Below are positions 60,819 to 64,000 of a DNA stretch of 64,000 nt, in pieces. This stretch comes from Alphaproteobacteria bacterium (GTDB lineage: Bacteria; Pseudomonadota; Alphaproteobacteria; GCA-2731375). Below the pieces are notes generated by a model. It saw nothing but the letters and a program-made list of their open reading frames with translations. It was not told the origin of the DNA and ran no database searches. Position numbers and translations under genes: made by a program. Within the stretch, counting starts at the first letter, position 1, and each line of letters opens with the position of its first letter. The stretch is taken from positions 2,336,001 to 2,400,000 of the forward strand of contig CBDDPY010000002.1 of assembly GCA_965232515.1 (NCBI GenBank), written 5' to 3'.

Positions 60819-60895
60819 CGGAGTGTAGCTCAGCCTGGTAGAGCACTGTCTTCGGGAGGCAGGGGCCGCAGGTTCAAATCCTGCCACTCCGACCA
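60819..60895 (+). tRNA. tRNA-Pro(CGG)
   Basis: 77-nt cloverleaf: CGGAGTG/CACTCCG acceptor stem, anticodon loop TT-CGG-GA, GTTCAAATC T-loop, encoded CCA. Confidence 0.97.
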
Positions 60896-60947
60896 GCCCC
60901 AAGCCCAAGCCGTGGGGCGTACACGGCGTACCAATACCCCCAACAAT

Positions 60948-61430
60948 CTATTCCTCGGCGACCACCTGCCAGGAGCCGTCGGTTTGGCGGCAGGCGGTGC
61001 CGGCGACGCTTTCCTGGCGGCCATCGACGTCGAAACTGTGGGCGAAGTGGCGGCAGGGGCCGCCGTCGGCGTCAGCGAAGGCCGGCTGGACGTTAACCTC
61101 GCCCGATGTGCCGGTGTCGGGATTGCGCCAGGTCACGGGCTGGCCGGATGGCGCGGATTCCAGGGCCTCGGCCTGGGCCAGCTTGGCCTGCCGCTGGTCG
61201 GCGGCCGGCAAGGCCGCGAACAGCCGGCTGCCGGCATAGGCGCCGAGCGAGGCGCCGGCGGCCGTGGCGATGGTCTGGCCGGCGCCGGAGCCGATCTGGC
61301 TGCCCAGCACCGTGCCGACGCCGGCCCCGATGCCGGCGCCCAACGCGGCGCGGGCGCCCGGATCGTCGCAGGCGGTCAGCGCGATGAGCGAGATGGCGGC
61401 GATACCGCTGATATGGCGGATGTTGAGCAT
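60948..61430 (-). CDS. 17-kDa surface-antigen-like lipoprotein (glycine zipper 2TM, RT0821/Lpp0805-like)
   Basis: LTAC lipobox, GAGIGAGVG, WRNPDTG..G, CRHF, GTACRQTDGSW. Confidence 0.9.
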   Translation of the reverse strand: MLNIRHISGIAAISLIALTACDDPGARAALGAGIGAGVGTVLGSQIGSGAGQTIATAAGASLGAYAGSRLFAALPAADQRQAKLAQAEALESAPSGQPVTWRNPDTGTSGEVNVQPAFADADGGPCRHFAHSFDVDGRQESVAGTACRQTDGSWQVVAEE

Positions 61431-61568
61431 GCGTCGGTCCCCCTGGACAGCTTGCACGGCCCCCCATGCCAAAAGAGGTATATCGCCGTCGACCGCCGTC
61501 CAATCCGTAGATTCCCGCACCCGCTCCGAAATCCGATCGGCACGATCAAGAAATCGAAATCGAACACA

Positions 61569-61668
61569 TAAAAATTGAATAGAATTATTTATTTTATTTT
61601 ATTCAAATCAATCAATACAATTTGATGTTTTTATTAACATCAACTTCATTTCAAGTCCATATTATTTA
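61569..61668. promoter_or_regulatory. AT-rich divergent promoter region with two inverted repeats
   Basis: Very AT-rich relative to the window; TTGAATAGAAT...ATTTTATTCAA and TTGATGTT-N6-AACATCAA. Confidence 0.55.
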
Positions 61669-61748
61669 GCGTCCCTTGATCGATGTTTTGTGGGGACGGC
61701 GGTAACTGGAGGACGCCGTAGGGCAAGCAAGAAACGTGGGGTGGTCGG

Positions 61749-62315
61749 ATGACGAGCAACGAGCATGCGATATCCAATCTGCCGGACGAACGGCCGCTGG
61801 ATCTGTCGCCGCTGCGTCTGTTGGTCGTCGACGACAACCGACACATGCGGGAACTGGTGACGGCCATTCTGAATGCACTCGAGATGACGCAGATCCGACA
61901 GGCCTGCGACGGCTCCGACGCCATCGACATCCTGAAAGCGAACGAGATCGATCTGGTGATCACCGACTGGCTGATGGACCCTGTCTGCGGCATCGAGCTG
62001 ATCAAATGGATCCGGACGTCGGACGAAAGCCCCGATCCGTTCCTGCCGGTGATCATGATCTCGAGCTATTCGACCCCAGACCGGGTGGTCGAGGCGCGCA
62101 ATGCCGGCATCAACGAGTTCCTCGTCAAGCCGCTGTCGCCGAGATCGCTCTATCAACGCATCGCCAATCTGGTCGAACGGCCGCGGTCGTTCATTCGCAG
62201 CAAGAACTATTTCGGTCCCTGCCGCCGCGACAACGACGGCGCCGGCTTTCGCGGACAGGAACGCCGCCGCCAGCTGGCCGCGGCACGGGCCGACGGAAAG
62301 CGCGGCACGGCATGA
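61749..62315 (+). CDS. CheY-like response regulator with Arg-rich C-tail (Cle-like)
   Basis: VVDD, ITDW (Asp intact), VKP; tail NYFGPCRR...FRGQERRR. Confidence 0.85.
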   Translation: MTSNEHAISNLPDERPLDLSPLRLLVVDDNRHMRELVTAILNALEMTQIRQACDGSDAIDILKANEIDLVITDWLMDPVCGIELIKWIRTSDESPDPFLPVIMISSYSTPDRVVEARNAGINEFLVKPLSPRSLYQRIANLVERPRSFIRSKNYFGPCRRDNDGAGFRGQERRRQLAAARADGKRGTA

Positions 62316-62854
62316 GCCGGCGCCAGCCCTGGATGCAGATCGACGCCGCGGCGCTGTCGGACGGCATCGTGCAGATCTTTCCGCCGAAGACGCTGCGCGA
62401 GCGCGTCGGCCCCGGCACCGGTCTCAACCTCCGTCTGCTGGCGAACGCCGAAGCCACGGTCAGCGCCCTTCAGACGGCCTACGAACAACGTATCGAAAAT
62501 GACATCGCGGCCCTGTCGGCGACGTTCGAGGCCATGAAGCGCTCAGGCCGTTTCGATCACGAGCAGCTCTACCTGATCACGCATGAGATCAAGGGCGAAG
62601 GCGGCAGCTACGATTACCCACTGTTGACGGCGTTCGGCCATGCGCTGTGCCTGCTGGTGCGCAGCCGCGACCGCCTGACCGCCGAGGACGTCGAAACCAT
62701 CGCGGCGCATATCGCGGCAATGCGGGCCGTGATCAAGGGCCAGGTGCGCGGTGAGGGCGGCAGTGTCGGCCGCGAGCTGGCCGCCAATCTAGAGGCCATG
62801 GTCGCCCGGGCGCTGGACGATACGTCGTCGCTTCGTTTGCGGAAGCAAACCTGA
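62312..62854 (+). CDS. Hpt-like histidine phosphotransfer protein
   Basis: THEIKGEGGSYDYPLLT (H-x-x-K-G); ATGA overlap with the regulator. Confidence 0.8.
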   Translation: MSRRQPWMQIDAAALSDGIVQIFPPKTLRERVGPGTGLNLRLLANAEATVSALQTAYEQRIENDIAALSATFEAMKRSGRFDHEQLYLITHEIKGEGGSYDYPLLTAFGHALCLLVRSRDRLTAEDVETIAAHIAAMRAVIKGQVRGEGGSVGRELAANLEAMVARALDDTSSLRLRKQT

Positions 62855-62894
62855 TCCGAGCAATGCGTCGCGCCGTGTTCGCCCAAACCTTCCA

Positions 62895-62910
62895 TTAACG
62901 CATTGGTAAG
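62895..62910 (+). promoter_or_regulatory. Near-consensus CtrA-type box
   Basis: TTAA-CGCATTG-GTAAG upstream of the FliL-like gene. Confidence 0.4.
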
Positions 62911-62973
62911 CCTGCTTTCCTACCATAGGAAGATTTCTCTGCTACATTTTTCTCTGTCTGCTTGGGGTTCCGT

Positions 62974-63489
62974 ATGAAGCAGCTGCTGATTCTGATGGGG
63001 ATCGGCGCCGTCATCGTGACCGGCGGCGTGATCGCTGGCCTGTACAGCCTGGACGGCGACGGCATCGCCGCCCTGACGAGCGACGTCGTCGTGACCAAGC
63101 GCATCGAGACCGACGATGGCTCGACGGCGTTCGTCGAGCCGCCGGAAGAGGAGGAAGAAGCGCTCCTCGTCCAACTGCAACCGGTCGACGTACCGGTTTT
63201 CGACGGCGACCGCCAGGTTGGCGGCGCCAAGCTGGTGGTCACCATCGAGCTCATCAACAAGAAGGCGCGCTCCGATCTGAGCGCGGTCATGCCGCTGCTG
63301 CTGGCGCAGATCTTCGAAGAGTTCTATCGGACGCCGCTCGAGCGCGACGTCGCTACCGGAAAGCTGGACGTGATCGCGATCGAGCGCCGTATCGAATCGA
63401 TCGCGATCAAGACGGTCGGCGTCGACGCCTTCAACCGGAACATCGTGCGTTCCGCGCAACTGCTGAAAGTCGTCAAACACAGCTCCTGA
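62974..63489 (+). CDS. FliL-like single-TM protein
   Basis: N-terminal TM, acidic linker, then VQLQPVDVPV...IEL..MPLL...IE.RI pattern of divergent FliL proteins. Confidence 0.55.
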   Translation: MKQLLILMGIGAVIVTGGVIAGLYSLDGDGIAALTSDVVVTKRIETDDGSTAFVEPPEEEEEALLVQLQPVDVPVFDGDRQVGGAKLVVTIELINKKARSDLSAVMPLLLAQIFEEFYRTPLERDVATGKLDVIAIERRIESIAIKTVGVDAFNRNIVRSAQLLKVVKHSS

Positions 63490-63573
63490 TCCCCGCGGCG
63501 ACGGTTTTCGTCGTCGACGTGGCAAAATGCGCAAGGCTCGCTATGTTGTAGGACGTAGCGTCAGGAGATCGTC

Positions 63574-64000
63574 TTGCAGACATTAGGAGACCGGCGCCCG
63601 CCGGGCGCCAGCGTCCCCGCCTTCAACATCACGCGCGCCGTCGGCATCCTGATGGCGGTGAACGTGGCCGTGCATATCCTGCGGCTGCTGTTGCCGGGCG
63701 ACATGGCCGTGCGGCTGCTGATTTATCTCGGCTTCGCGCCCAGCAATTATTTCGACGCCACCGGGGCGTTCGCGCTGCCGGTCCTGGCGAGCGCCTATGC
63801 CGCGCCGGTGACTTACGGCTTTCTGCATGCCGACGCCATGCACCTGCTCATGAACATGGCGTTCCTGCTCGCCTTCGGCACCGGGGTCGAGCGGCGGTTG
63901 GGCGCCACGCGGTTCTTCGTCTTCTTCCTTGCCGTCCTGGTCGCCGCCACGGCCGGCACGGTGCTGATGTATCTCTATACCGGCCAGACGGTACTGGTCG
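63574..64000 (+). CDS. Rhomboid-family intramembrane serine protease, 3'-truncated
   Basis: Not in the ORF track; AGGAG RBS then TTG; ...PAFN...VTYGFLHADAMHLLMNMAFLLAFGTGVERRLG. Confidence 0.88.
   Translation, partial: MQTLGDRRPPGASVPAFNITRAVGILMAVNVAVHILRLLLPGDMAVRLLIYLGFAPSNYFDATGAFALPVLASAYAAPVTYGFLHADAMHLLMNMAFLLAFGTGVERRLGATRFFVFFLAVLVAATAGTVLMYLYTGQTVLV

Noticed and set aside
61622-61643. FNR/FixK box (TTGAT...ATCAA)
   Set aside because: The spacing is 12 nt rather than the required 4.
60819-64000. tRNA-Pro as an integration site for a genomic island
   Set aside because: No integrase, no duplicated tRNA 3' end seen in the window, and downstream genes have host-like codon usage.

Overview
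GC-rich chromosomal window from an alphaproteobacterium, probably Rhodospirillales-like. This is inferred from the glyQ-glyS-ppdK and ispB/DUF2007/S49 gene order, opgGH, DUF1491 and CtrA-type boxes. It is mostly core or metabolic DNA: typA, opgG/opgH, a TRAP transporter facing a VOC/flavin monooxygenase/small-partner cluster, an LPS glycosyltransferase-asnB-like-pyrC operon, ygfZ, ppdK, glyS/glyQ, ispB, tRNA-Pro(CGG) and a Phd/VapC toxin-antitoxin pair. I saw no transposase, prophage or CRISPR array. The most unusual observations are: (i) a tandem pair of HD-domain proteins in which the second copy has lost its metal ligands; (ii) two paralogous ~54-aa single-TM microproteins sharing ARKQxxLxxAFxRAxQxR, one of them missing from the ORF track; (iii) a module of a CtrA box, an Asp-less OmpR-type regulator, a direct repeat and a degenerate GGDEF-like protein; (iv) a full-length but catalytically eroded AsnB-like protein and a degenerate class III cyclase; (v) an antitoxin that appears to start at ATT behind a perfect palindromic operator; (vi) a perfect 35-bp G-rich inverted repeat; and (vii) an unannotated 48-aa gene with its own LysR-type box and terminator. 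All family calls come from reading motifs by eye. No database searches were run.
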